Origin: the human T2T-CHM13v2.0 reference genome, Homo sapiens
Reading direction: 5' to 3' (one strand)
Length of the DNA stretch: 64,000 nucleotides
Assembly (NCBI RefSeq): GCF_009914755.1
Contig: NC_060932.1
Shown: one piece after another, positions 38,791-51,910 of the stretch
Layout: every line of letters begins with the position of its first letter
Numbering within the stretch: the stretch's first letter is position 1
Position numbers and translations under genes: made by a program
Notes under the pieces: model-generated
Told to the model about the DNA's origin: nothing
Seen by the model: the letters and a program-made list of their open reading frames with translations, nothing else
Databases searched by the model: none

Positions 38791-40359
38791 GAATGAATGA
38801 ATAAACAGATGAATGAATGATCATATAGATGAATGGTTCTGATAAGTTCTGCTGGAGTTTCTACTCACATGAGAAAAGGAAGTGGCTTTCACATGCTTTT
38901 CAACTGCTCTCCCTTCCCCCACCCCCAGCACTCATGAATGGTTTCTCTCTTTTGCACGCATGTGTGTCTCTTCCTCATATACTGATTTCAGAGCTGCAGC
39001 CTAAGCGTCTTGTATTGTGCTGGTTATATTTAAACAATTCACTGTGCGAGGCAAGTGCCCAAACCAATTAAATAGAAATCTTCAAGAGTCCCAGGCAGAG
39101 AATAGAAATCAACAGTCAAGGTAGAGTTTGGACCAAAATGGTCATCAATTAGAGCTATTCTAAGATTGCTCTGACTATAGAAGAGTAAAATTGAGGGTGC
39201 TGAGAACAGGCAAATGTCTGAAAAGTGGGCACAAATTGTTAGCAAATGTGGCTCTCAGATATGCCACATAAATGCAGAGGCCAAGGCTAGTTGTCTTTGA
39301 TTCATTGATTTACTAGCATTAATACACAAAATTATATGTGTGCCATACAGTGAATAGTAGATGCAAAGATGAGTAAGACACAGTGTATACCTTCAGGAAG
39401 CTCCCAGTTTAGTGGAGCTGAATGGGAAGCCAGTTAAGCATACTACATTGCAATAGCTGCTGAGACATATGAAAAATAAGGGAGCACTTCATTCTACCTT
39501 GGAGTAAAGACAGCCTTGACATGAAAGTCCAGCAGGATCTAGAAGGGTGAGTTAGGCTTTGTAAAATCAGGTAAACAGCTCATACAAAGACATAAAGGTG
39601 TGAAAATGAGGTAGGACTTGGAGAACTAGAAAAATAATTTGGCCAAATCTGAACACTTAAAGCTGAGATCCTTAGTTGATGATCTCTTTGTCACTCCCTC
39701 TTGCACTCAGGACAATGGTTTCAAAAGGCAGTTCCCTACTCTTGACAACAGAAAGGCTGGGGGGCAAACACTGTCTTCAGATAGTAAAGAGATACTGCTA
39801 ATCAGCACATCAGGAAACCTATGACCCAACCATTGTTAAAAATGAAAGCAATTAGGTACAGTCCTTCTACAGGGAACTTCCTAAAATACATGTCTGAGAT
39901 TATGAGCTTGTTCAGTTGCATGAGAAACAACAGGGAAAGCTAAACTTCTTTCCCAAGGCTGGCACTTACTTAGTTGAATGACCTTAGAAAGGTAAGAAAC
40001 TCCCTGAATCTCTGTTTCTTAATCCATAAAGGGGGATGAGTACTTGTGTGATAATTCCCACTCCATAGGATTATTGCGAGAATTAAATATGACATATATA
40101 AGATGATCATGCACAGAGCCTAACACATGTAATGAACAAATGTGAGCCCCCTTACCTTCCTCCTGTCCCCTTCAGTCCTGGACTGAGTTCAATGCACACA
40201 TCTTGCACAGAATAGATGTTCATATATTCTTGGTTTAAGTGCCTATCAACCTTCATATAATTCCACTGGGTCTACTGAAAGATGGCAGAAGACGGACAGT
40301 CATAGTGTTTACTATGGGCCAAATCCTTCTCCCATATTTGCTCCTTTAATTTTCCCAAT

Positions 40360-40408
40360 TCAATGAAGTAGCTCAGTGAAGTAGCTCAATGATGTAGCTC
40401 GGTGAAGT
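40360..40408 (+). repeat. 13-bp minisatellite, about 3.8 copies, inside a MIR
   Basis: tcaatgaagtagc / tcagtgaagtagc / tcaatgatgtagc / tcggtgaagt. Confidence 0.9.
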
Positions 40409-41965
40409 GCCCCACTTTGCAGTTGACAAGTTCTAAGGCTCAGAGTTGAAGTGACATCCGAGGTCATTCAGCTAGTGACATGGCAGAGTTCTGTGCCTAC
40501 CGTGATAGTCGGACTCTCCAAAAGTGGCCACTTCCTGAGATGAGGCTGAGGTTATCTCAGTCACCTATACAAACCAGATCTGGATATGGTTATGACTTGT
40601 ACCGGAGTGGCATTGTCTTGAACCTTGCTCAATTACATCTGCCAGTATGTCCTGCATATCAGATCCAACGTCCACGTGACTTGCTCTGTTTAAGGTGGTA
40701 TTTCTGGAACTTTTTTATTAATGATAAACAACAAGAAGAATTCTCATGATACTGAAAGAGTCTGTGAGGAAGTGGCCTAAGCAATAATCTATAGGCTTTC
40801 TTAATATCCTACATGAGTACAAAAACAAACAAACAAACAAAAACACAGAAAATCAACCAAATGAGTTGGATATGACACAGTTAAAAATGTGCAAAATGTC
40901 CTTGTTTCTCAGTATCAGTCATTTTGGGGCCACTTTGGGGAGGTTTTGTGCCTTTTTTTAAACTTCCAGATTTCATACTTTCTGTTCAGCTTTTGCAACT
41001 TCCCATGAGTACAGTTATAAAGAAAATAGAAAAAAACAGAACCTCAGCCCTCCTGTATCACTTTTAAGAAGGTGCCTCTTGCAGAAGAAAATTTGGGCCA
41101 TAAAAAGCCCTTACAGGTTTGCTTTAGCTCTCCCCTTCAAGAGCATTATTTTTCTTCTTTTTTTTTTTTTTTTTATCTTTTATTTTTTTCTGGTAAGTAA
41201 GTAGTCTTCGGATGATCGGCGTTGCATATCTTTGGGAAAAATTCATGCCAGACTAGTCAAATCATAACGGCTGCTATCATCAGTTCGCTATGGTTTCCAA
41301 GTCACTCTCCAACACAGAAACCACACATACACACAACTACATAAGTCTCCTCTAATTTTGACATTGGAAATATCCATTTCAAAGTTTTTAGGTTAAAAAT
41401 GAACATAATCACAAAATAGCATCTGATCATCACAAATCTAAAATAGAATCCAGATCATGCAGTGTACAATGCTCATTGACTACGCCTTTCCATTTCTTAG
41501 CACACAGAAATAAACTCTGGATGTCTGCATGGCACACTACTTATGGTGGTCTACCTACTGTAAGCAGCTGGCAGCTTTGGTCACTCGATATGAACCTCCC
41601 AAGCAAAATTACTGCAGTGTGCCATTTACCTGGAAAAAAAGAAATGTGCCTTCTTCTTGTTCTACCACTGACTACCTGAGAAACATTGTGTTAATCCCCC
41701 ACACTGAGAAACTCTCTCTTTAGCTTTCATCTGAAAATATTTCTAACATGCATTACTATACATTACTTTATCTTCTTGAAAAAAGCCATGCGAAATATTG
41801 TCTTTTCTGAAAAATGCGGTCATCATTTCATTTAATTCAACAATTAGTGTATTCAAGTATATTCAATTTAGAATATTTGAGGGCCACTGAGTGATGACAA
41901 GCACTAGAGGTGCAGAAGTGAAAGACATTGCCCCTTATTGTGTAGTTTTGTGGCACTATCTAATA

Positions 41966-42179
41966 CGGTGCTTCCTAACCAATGTGTTGGGACACATGGG
42001 ACAGCTGTGCCAAGATGTTGATCCACTTAGTACTCAGGGAGGCTGGATAGGGCTGAGCTGGCCAGAGCCCAAGGATAGTGAACTCTGCAGAGAGCAACCT
42101 CTTCTATTTGTCCTAGTGTACTGAACAAATAGCAGCTCTTCCATGACTGCCATACTGTGACAAAGGTTAGGAAGAACTT
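41966..42179. mobile_element. hAT-Charlie MITE, MER112-like
   Basis: TIRs 'cggtgcttcctaacc' / 'ggttaggaagaactt'; internal 'gtgccaagatgttgatcc'. Confidence 0.7.
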
Positions 42180-43897
42180 TACTAAGATTATTGGCATGTC
42201 CAGGGTTATTGGCCCCAACCTTGAATAACCCAACTTTCATGCTTTTGAAATCTTATGTCTACTTTTTATAGTTTTTATGTTTCTGTTTCCTTCCAGTTAA
42301 TTGCCACATCTTGCTATCATGAGTGTTCTTCCCTTCTTGGTGGCTGTTTCTAGTCTTCTCTTAGACAAAAACACAAAGCAGTGAAGCAAAGAACTCATTA
42401 CACTCAACAAACACTTCCTGAGCACCTACTATATGTTAGGCACTCCATGTTCTTGCAGAAGAAGGGAAAGTGTAGGTGGAGAAGGTACACAGTTACATTT
42501 TTTAGTGAGAACACAACCTAAAATTATAAATAAAATATAGGTCACTAGGCCCTAGAAGAGTAATAACAAGGCCCCCAAATTCTAGGGCTAATATTTGAGA
42601 CTATTGCAAAGTGCTTCATGAGTTTTAAAGCAAAGCCCAATTAGAAGGTTCCAAAATCCGAGCTGAGGAGTAAGCTTTACTCGTGCATATATAAGCAGAC
42701 CACAGAAGCACAGAGCACACAAATTCTGAAACAGACCTGAATTCACCCTCTTGGCTCCATCAGTTATTCATCAAGTAAGACTTGAAATTTGAAGTTGCTT
42801 AATCTCCTCAGTCTCAGGTTCCACTCTTGGAATGTGTAGAAAATAATGCTGTAGAGTTACGATAAAAATTAGAGATAATATGTACAGCATGGTCTTGACT
42901 CAGTTAATGTTTGATGGATGGTAACATTTTTAAGAAATAAAAAGGTCTACATTTTATATTTGGAAATTCACCTGTTGTTGTTAAGAAAAGAAAGTTTTCC
43001 AAGTACATATATTTAAATGTCTATTACTGAAATGCTTACAGAGTGTGGAGGATATTGTCAAGTATAGTTTTGTTAACCAACAACTCCTATGCAGTCAATC
43101 TGTTTCTGAAGTGCTTCTAAAATGGCATTACTTCGCTGACTTCTCTCAGTATAATGAACACATATACATCTTGTTTTGTTACACATGCACTAAAATCTTT
43201 GTTTGGAACGCTAGTACCCTCTACAATGCTATGTACACAGTATGCCTTCACAGTTTTCCAAGGAAGTAAAGAAATGATTGAACACAAGTTTTTTGTTTTC
43301 TGTTTGTTTGTTTGTTTTACATGGGCACGGGAGCTTGTGCAAAGTCAGCTCTGGCTGGCTTCTTTCTTTGATCATATCTTGAGATAAGCCTGTTTGTTTA
43401 TGAATGGCCTCTGGCTCCTAAAAGTGGAATCATAACCATGGTGATGTGCACACAACCATTGCTCTAATCCACTGTATTCCACTGTGACAGGAGACAACTC
43501 TAGTTACTCTCTGAACTCTGATATTTTTATCCGTAAGATAATAATGCTTACCTCATAAACTTGTGTGGATTCAGAGAGGAAATACATATAAGAAGCCTAG
43601 CATTGTGCCTGCCATGCAGTTGATATTCAATTTGTGTTTCCTTCCTACCCATCCTTTTTATCTGTGGTAATCTTAGGCCAATAATTTACCCATTCTGAAC
43701 CTCAATTTTACATCAATGCAAAAAAGGATGATAACACCTACTTTGAAACATGCAGGGAAGAGTTAACAATGTAGTCTATGGGAAGTATCTAGCATAAGGT
43801 CTATTGCATGCTATAGACCTCAAACATTGCTACTTTCCCTTCACCCTACAAAACTGTGTTTATAAATTCTGATTTATTGGAAATTCTAATCACTGAG

Positions 43898-43900
<3 letters not shown>

Positions 43901-43928
<28 letters not shown>
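43901..43928. repeat. (TG)14 microsatellite
   Basis: Perfect dinucleotide run. Confidence 0.98.
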
Positions 43929-43931
<3 letters not shown>

Positions 43932-45103
43932 TTCATTTACCAAAAAGCCATTGGATATTTAAAAACCATAAGAAAAGCCCATTGTAACCTAAATGCCCCC
44001 TGGAACTATTTCCCACGTCAGAAGGGTTGAGTCCCATGTGGCTATGCTCATTCTGAGTGGCTGAATATCCAGAGCAAAGCTGAGAATCTGCAGAATGCTA
44101 AACAGTCAGTCACCCACTGGGAAAGAGGCCGTACAACCCTGAGTCATGTGAGAGATGTGCAAATTCTGGCCAGCAGAAATAGCAGCATCAGATAATGCCC
44201 TAAGGCTTGCTCTACAATGGAGTTTATTATTATTCATGTGAACGAAGTGGGAGAAGTACTGTCATCTCTTCCTGAGGTTTACTGAATTTTCATTGACAAA
44301 AAAATAAGAACACTTTTGTTTGCCGACACACTGCCCTTTGCCGGCCAGCTACGGCCCAGCTATGTGAAGTTGCACTTCATGTTTCAATGCAGGAAATCTC
44401 CCCAATGAGAGAAAAGGTTACTTCCTCCATCATACTCCCCTGACCACTACCTCTGCCAGATCCTGTCATGTGCTAGAGAGAGAAGACAAGGCAAAAACAG
44501 ATCAGCCAGCAGAAAAACCACTTCTCACTCTCACCAGCTTCCGAATCCAGAATGCAAAACCAGAGTCCAATGGTGTTATCAGCCTCTGTGGTCAAGACCC
44601 TACCTCTGGTTATGATTCATGAACAGGGACGGCGTGAGAAGTCTTCTTACACGAGGTCATGAAACAGCCATGTTGGTAGTAGCAGTGATGTCTCAGTGGC
44701 ATTATCTCAAAGCCTATCTGTAAACAGTCTTTCTTTAAATAACAAGAGAAGTAGTACAGTTATAGCTTTCCTTAATTACAATCACATTCTCAGCTTACCC
44801 CCTGATCACCTCAATTGCATTTGGGCTCCCTCCTCCAAATTAGAAGATTGAGGTTCACAGGGTTCAGTGATCTTCCTGGTATCACCCAGTTAAGAAATGC
44901 TGAAGCCATATCTACAACCAAGAGGAGAAAAACCTAGTCTGGAAATTCAGATTTTAAAACACTGTTGAACTGAAAGGCATAGGGAATGTCAAGCACAAAG
45001 CTGGGCTTAGAGTAGGCATGCAAAAATTGTTTCCTTTCCTCCTGTAGCAAAGTAAAACACCCTGACTAACATGATTCTACCTGTTCTAACTGTGGTGATT
45101 CTA

Positions 45104-45739
45104 GTAAACTAATACAGCCACTATGGAAAACATGTGGAGATTCCTTAAAGAACTAAAATAAGAAGTACCATTTGATCCAGCAATCCCACTACTGGGTATC
45201 TACACAGAGGAAAAGAAGTCATTATACAAAAAAGATACTTGCACATGCATGTTTATAGCAGCACAATCCACAGTTGCAAAATCATGGAACCAACCCAAAT
45301 GCCCATCAATCAATGAGTGAATAAAGAAAATGTGGTATATATATATATATATATATATGGATGATGGAATACTACTCAGCTATAAAAATGAATGAATTAA
45401 CAGCATTTGCAGCAACCTGGATGAGATCGGAGTCTATTATTCTAAGTGAAGTAACTCAGGAATGGAAAACCAAACATTGTATGTTCTCACTGATATGTGG
45501 GAGCTAAGCTATGAGGACACAAAGCCATAAGAATAATACAATGGACTTTGGGGACTTGGGGGGAAGGATGGGAGGGGGCGAGGGATAAAAGACTACAAAT
45601 AGGGTGGGTGCAGTGTATACTGCTCAGGTGATGGGTGCACCAGAATCTCACAAATCACCACTAAAGAATTTACTCATGTAACCAAATGCCACCTGTCCCC
45701 CAAAAACTTATGGAAAAATTAAATATTTAACAAAATAAT
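45104..45739 (+). mobile_element. L1PB1-like 3' end with internal (TA)n
   Basis: 'gagggataaaagactacaaat...ggtgatgggtgcacc...caaatcaccactaaagaa'; TSD core gtggtgattcta at 45092-45103 and 45744-45755. Confidence 0.92.
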
Positions 45740-45976
45740 AGCAGTGGTGATTCTACACCACAGGCCCTTTTATCAGCAAAATTCTTTATCCCCCATACAA
45801 GATGATGATAGCCATAACACAATAATACTACTGCTACAATAATAATACTTATCATTCTTTATAGAACTGCCAGAGAATGACTTCTGACCAGATGTCATCT
45901 CTCCACCCATGCTGACAACCAGAAACACAGTGAACAAGTATCCCCCAAGCTGGGGCCAGATCCCATGTGACAAGGG

Positions 45977-46085
45977 TAGGGTGACCACATAATTTGTCAC
46001 TGAAAACAGGACAGAACAAATCTTTCAGAATAAAAGCGGGTGCTGTGAATTACTCTGGGATGATGTAGATACATCAAGACTGTCA
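45977..46085. mobile_element. hAT-Blackjack MITE fragment (MER81/MER94-like)
   Basis: Begins with the TIR-like 'tagggtgaccacataattt'. Confidence 0.5.
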
Positions 46086-47149
46086 AGTTCTCTCCATGCT
46101 AGAGTCTTCTCTTTATGTGACTTCCTTTTACAGACAAGGAAAGATCATTCAGAGAGATGTTATAATTTGCCAGGAGGATTCAAGCCCAGGACAACTATGA
46201 CTTGATTCTATAATCCAGCTCTTTTTATCAATAGAAATGTGGACCCCAGAGACCCCATTGTGGGTCTCAGTCCCCTTCCCATTGGCTGTTCTTGTCTTTA
46301 ATAAGATGAGAGTAGCGTCCATCTAAGAGGGAGGGCTTTCCCTGACCTCATGTCTCAATCTGAGAGGCACCTAACTCTGTTGACTTAAATATTTAATAGC
46401 AATCCTTAAGTAAAGAATTGATCTTTATTTTATACCAAGCCTAGAAAAAAAATGCCCATTTCCTTCTCCTCTATCACACAAGCCTCTGGGTATCTCCATT
46501 GAATTTCCTCTTACTTTCTTTGTACAAGCTTTTTTTCTACTGGTTAATTTCTTCTTGTTGGGAAATTCGGGGAGGAGATTACCACCTACCCCTGGGACTG
46601 CCAAGCCGGAAGAGCCTTCTCAGTGGGTGTCTCTCAGAGGAAAGAACAGATGTGTGACCTGAAATGAACTGGTTTTGGGGTGAAAGCCTCTGGTGTCGCT
46701 GGCACCTGCTGCCTGCAAACAGTACCTGTGAGCTGCTGTTGCCCAGTGAACAGATGTCACAGGGAGATTCTGTAGGTCACTAAATGTTCATAGACTGATC
46801 AGCTTAGGAGACATCCTGTAAGGTGTCTCACCTGGCTTGAGGTGGTCAAGACCCTGAGACGCCCTAGAAATGAAAGACAGTAAGTAATTCATGAGCTGTG
46901 TTCCGTATTTCCAAAAGCTAAAGATTTTATTTCCTCTTAGTGCATTTGTTTATTTTGCAAATGTTTCCTCAATTATTATGTGTAACTTTCATGATTACAT
47001 TTGTTTACAATTATTAATCAAAATAAAATTATATTTTTATGCATGATAAGACATGATAAGCTAATTAAAATGTCTTGTTCAATAATAATAATTTGAGGAG
47101 CAAAATGAGAATTCAATGCTCATAGAAGAAGATACACAAACCCATTCTC

Positions 47150-47590
47150 TAATACAAATCAGGTTACAACACTCCAGTGTATCAAACTACAATGAATTCT
47201 CATGCCACTTAGAATAAAATTCTAATGCCTCAGCATTAGCCTAAAAGGCCCAACATAATCTAGCCCCCACCAACCTTTTTGATTGCACTTTCTGCCATGA
47301 ACCTCCTGACCCACCGCGGTTGGTTTCTAGAATACGTCTCAGGGACTTTGCACAGCTGTTCCCTCTGCCTGTTACACTCTGCCCTCCTGTCTGCACAGGG
47401 CCATTTCCTTTATCCACTCAAATCTCAGCTCAAATGCAATTTCCTCAGTGAGGCCTTCCCTGACCACCTGATCCAAATTAGCACTTTTCCCACCCTCCCA
47501 CAGTTGATCTCTAGCACAACATCTGTCTTGTCCTCTTGGTGATATATATTACCACCTGAAATTACTTTGCTCTTTTATTTGTTCCAAACT
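47150..47590 (+). mobile_element. L2 remnant
   Basis: 'ctcagggactttgcacagctgttccctctgcct...tctcagctcaaatg...cctcagtgaggccttccctgaccacc'. Confidence 0.8.
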
Positions 47591-47620
47591 GTTAAGGGGT
47601 ACATTCTCTTAAAAGATACT

Positions 47621-48200
<580 letters not shown>

Positions 48201-48890
48201 CTTCATAAAAGGTTTTATTAGCTCAATCATTAATGAGGTAGCCAGTGAGATGTTACAACCAGTGCCACACATGGATATTCAGACAAACAATGTTAAAATA
48301 AATATACAAATCCATGCAAACTGGCAAAAATGTTCAATATCCACAGGGTGATAATCAATTGCATTCCACCAGATGCAGTTTGCATTTCTATGGACAGGAA
48401 TTCATTGCCTTACTACCAGTTTTCTACAAGTTAACTTCTATCTCAACAGCTATAAAACAGCCAAGTGGAAGGCAAAGACTCACATCCCAGTAGTACCAGA
48501 TAATCTCCAGCTGCTCCAGATTTACTGACAGAATATTCAGTAATCTCTTTTGCTCATTTCAAAATCATCCACAATTGTTTCCTATAATATATATTACTGT
48601 CTGAAAGTATCTTGTTCCTTTACTTATTCCTTTCCTAATAACCCTGTTCTGGAATGTAAGCTTCATGAAAGCAGAGACTTTGCCTTATTCACCAGTTTCT
48701 CCAAAGCGCAAAACTATGACCAATTTCTACTAGATGCTTGGGAATATTTGCTGAATAAGTTGGTGACCAATAACAGCATGAAGAAAAAATGCAAAAAAAT
48801 AAGACAGCCACATCTTTCTTTTCATATTGCCAAAGGGTCATAAAAGGTCCCATCAAGTTCTGCGGAGTGTACAAAGGACATCTCCAGGGT

Positions 48891-49316
48891 TGTCAGTTAT
48901 CAGCTCAGCACTATCACCCCACACTTCTAAGGCAGGAACTGCATTTACTAGAATCCCTTCCTGGTGTGATTCAGAGTTAGAATTTGCCAGTGGGAAGAAC
49001 TCACAGGAGATTCGGAAGGCAGAAGCGATATGAAGTCAGAGATCCTAGTGGCCAGAGACAGTGGCATTTTAGACCTTTCCATGCGTTCCAACTTTACAAT
49101 CATGTTGACCCCTTGTGACAGCTTCTCAGATGTCTCTGCCAGCTCCAACTCTACCAGCTCCAGTGCTCTAGGCTGAAGTGCTTCTGGATAAAGCCTTCTG
49201 GACCTTCACTTTCCTGCTCTTCCCACATTTATGTAAGCCCTAATTTCTGTATTAAACTATTTTCCCTAAAAAACTTGTAGTGGTTCTATTTTCTTCGCCA
49301 AACCCAGACTAACACA
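48891..49316 (+). mobile_element. Old ERVL solo LTR (LTR33/LTR41-like)
   Basis: Starts 'tgtcagttatcagc', ATTAAA at 49251, ends 'aacccagactaacaca'. Confidence 0.65.
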
Positions 49317-49319
49317 GAA

Positions 49320-49742
49320 GAGATTTCATACACTGCTGGGATAAAAGCCTTTTCCGTTTCATTCAACTTTCAATAACTATTAAGCAGTAACATGTCTTGG
49401 AGAGCAATTTGATAATAGTCAGGCAAGAGTTCACAATCTTTGACCCAGTAACCCACTTCTAAGTTAAGTCTGTTCTAAGGAAGTAATGATTTATCCAGAC
49501 AAGATCTCAGTTTATGAAAAAGGATGTTAATGAAAGCAAAAGGAACACTTTCTTTCCAGGGAAATGGTCTAAAACTTAATGCATATCCATAAGATATAAC
49601 ATTATGTAGTTTATATGAATCATGTTTTTTTAAAATTATTTTATGATATGGCAAAATTACCACTATTAAAGGTGAGTGAAAGTACAACATATCAAATCAT
49701 ATATGAAATAATTTAATTTGCAAAAATAAAAATAAAATCAAA
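49320..49742 (+). mobile_element. Ancient L1ME 3' remnant
   Basis: 'ggagagcaattt...ctttgacccagtaacccacttct'. Confidence 0.55.
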
Positions 49743-49944
49743 TGCATACTGTGCTCCACTGTATATTACCTGTGTGACTTTGTACATGTCAGTTAACTTT
49801 TGAACATCAGTTTCCACAGCTGTCAAGTAGAGATCATAATACTTGCCATGCCTTTCCTAAAGGGTCAAATGAGATAAGTTCTTTATCTGAAGCACCAGAC
49901 CAGCGTAAAAGGATCTTACAAACTTCATCTCATTAACAGCAGGA

Positions 49945-50182
49945 AGTGCCTTATAGTAATTAGAAGCAAGCCCTCTGGAGCCAGCTGTTACGGTTCAAAT
50001 CCTGGCTTGGCCACTTACTAAGAGTAACACAATAGGGAAGGCACTTAGCCTATCACTGCCTCAGTTTCTCCATCTGAAAAATAGACATAAAGCTATTAAT
50101 ATTTCATATTATTATTGCTATATGAGAACTAAATTAGTGCCATGTTTAGGACTTAGTACATGGTAAGAGTTAAATTAATGGC
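49945..50182 (+). mobile_element. MIR
   Basis: 'ctctggagccag...cggttcaaatcctggcttggccacttacta...gcctcagtttctccatctgaaaaat'. Confidence 0.85.
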
Positions 50183-51484
50183 ATTTTTCCTCCAAAGTAC
50201 TCAACATATTCATTCTATAATTATTTATGGAGCATTCATTGTGTGTTTTAGACTGGGAGGTTGCAGAAACATTTAATACGGGATCCCTTGCTCTCAGAGG
50301 AATTCACCATCAAGGGGGAGAAGGGCTAAGTACATGATCATAACGATAGAATAAGGAAAAAAAATCTGCATCATAGAGCTGCTTCTAGGATTAAGAGGTG
50401 AAAATACATGTAAAGTATCATATGTGAGATCAAGTAGAAAAGAATGGTACCCCTTTGATGAGATAATTGTGTTTCCACAAGACTAAGTTGTCCAGCATCA
50501 CCCAGTTAATTTGCATTTTACATACTTGATCTCCTTAGGTCTTTACATCAACACTATATAGTAAATATTATCATCCCAATTTTACCACTCAAGTAAAGTT
50601 TACCGACTTTACTAAAGCTCAGTAAAGTTATAATTTTCCCAGGGACACATGACTAGAAAATGGAGGAGTAAGAACTTTAACCAAGGTCAGGCTAACTCTT
50701 CCTAGGACCTTTTCCACTGGGCCATAAACCATAAAAATGTTTAATTTCAATTTTGATAACATTGTGATTCATTGCACTATCCCTGACCTCCACATCCCGA
50801 GATCTTTTTCCCCTAGACATCAGGGACAAACTCTTAAGCATTATTTCTGTATCACCCAGTACCTGGTACAGTGTCTACCTACTAGGAACCCCAATAAATC
50901 AGTGTCACATGAATGAAGAAAATGCATGTAAGTACAAGTCAATGAGGGAAAAATAGAACCATTGTCTTCTATCAAGGATTTATTTAAACAGAAAGAATAA
51001 AAGCTCAGATAACTAGCCATGAAAACAGTAACCACTCAGCTTCCAGAAAACGGTTTGCTCCCTGATGAGTCTCCCATCAACTTCAGTCAACAGTGCAATC
51101 CCACGGCACATTAAGTGGAGAATATGATCCAAAAGAAACACTATCAGTAGGTGCATACTCAATTGTTCTGATTAAATACAGCCTGCCAGAATTAAAACAC
51201 CATAGGCTGTTTGCAGAACTCCTTAGTTTTAATGAGATAAATCCCATTTTAGTCACAAAGATACAATGTATTCATCAGGCCCCATGAAGTGACAAATGTA
51301 AGTGACAAATGTAACTGGTCTATGATACAGTGTGGCTAATCTGAACTTAGTTGTGGAAATTACAAGATGATCAATTAACGCTGCCCAACTTAATTCCTTG
51401 AAGCCTCACTTGGTGGATTCAGGTAGGCAGTTATTGTGTCAGCCTTTAGAGAGCAATTTATCTCACCAACATTCCAACTAAAAG

Positions 51485-51700
51485 GAAACTAACATTTGTT
51501 AGCAGCTAATTATGTGGCAGGCTCTAAGCACAAGCATTTGCATCAGCCATCTCCCACTCTCTCAGCAGTGACCATATTACCCCCAGAATTGTACAGATGT
51601 GCAAAGTGAGGCTCAGAGATGCTAAATAACTTGCTCTAACACACATCTGGTATGTAGCAAAGCCTGGATTCAAACCTGGACTTGTCTGGTTTCAAAGACA
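51485..51700 (-). mobile_element. MIR
   Basis: 'tacagatgtgcaaagtgaggctcagagatgctaaataacttgc...ggattcaaacctgg'. Confidence 0.8.
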
Positions 51701-51910
51701 TTGGTGTTGGTGGGACAAGAAGAGGTAGGCCTGCCGGGGTTCAAATCCCGGCTCCTACATATATTAGGACGTAGCTTTGGCAAATGTCTTAAATTTCCCT
51801 ATCCTTAGTTTTATCTGTCAAATGGATACCATATTTGTACCAATTTCATAAAATGAGTGTGAAAACTAAGTGAGACTGCAGAAAGAACAAAGGGGAGTTG
51901 TTAGCTGTTC
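51701..51910 (+). mobile_element. MIR with intact B-box
   Basis: GGTTCAAATCC at 51738-51748, then 'cttagttttatctgtcaaatgg'. Confidence 0.8.

Noticed and set aside
40673-40680. Isolated CACGTGAC E-box
   Set aside because: A single short motif with no supporting context.
41149-41340. Minus-strand processed pseudogene or small-RNA retrocopy ending in the A tract
   Set aside because: I found no TSD and no recognisable parent RNA or ORF.
51725-51758. tRNA gene
   Set aside because: Only a T-arm-like hairpin is present, with no cloverleaf, and it continues into the MIR core.
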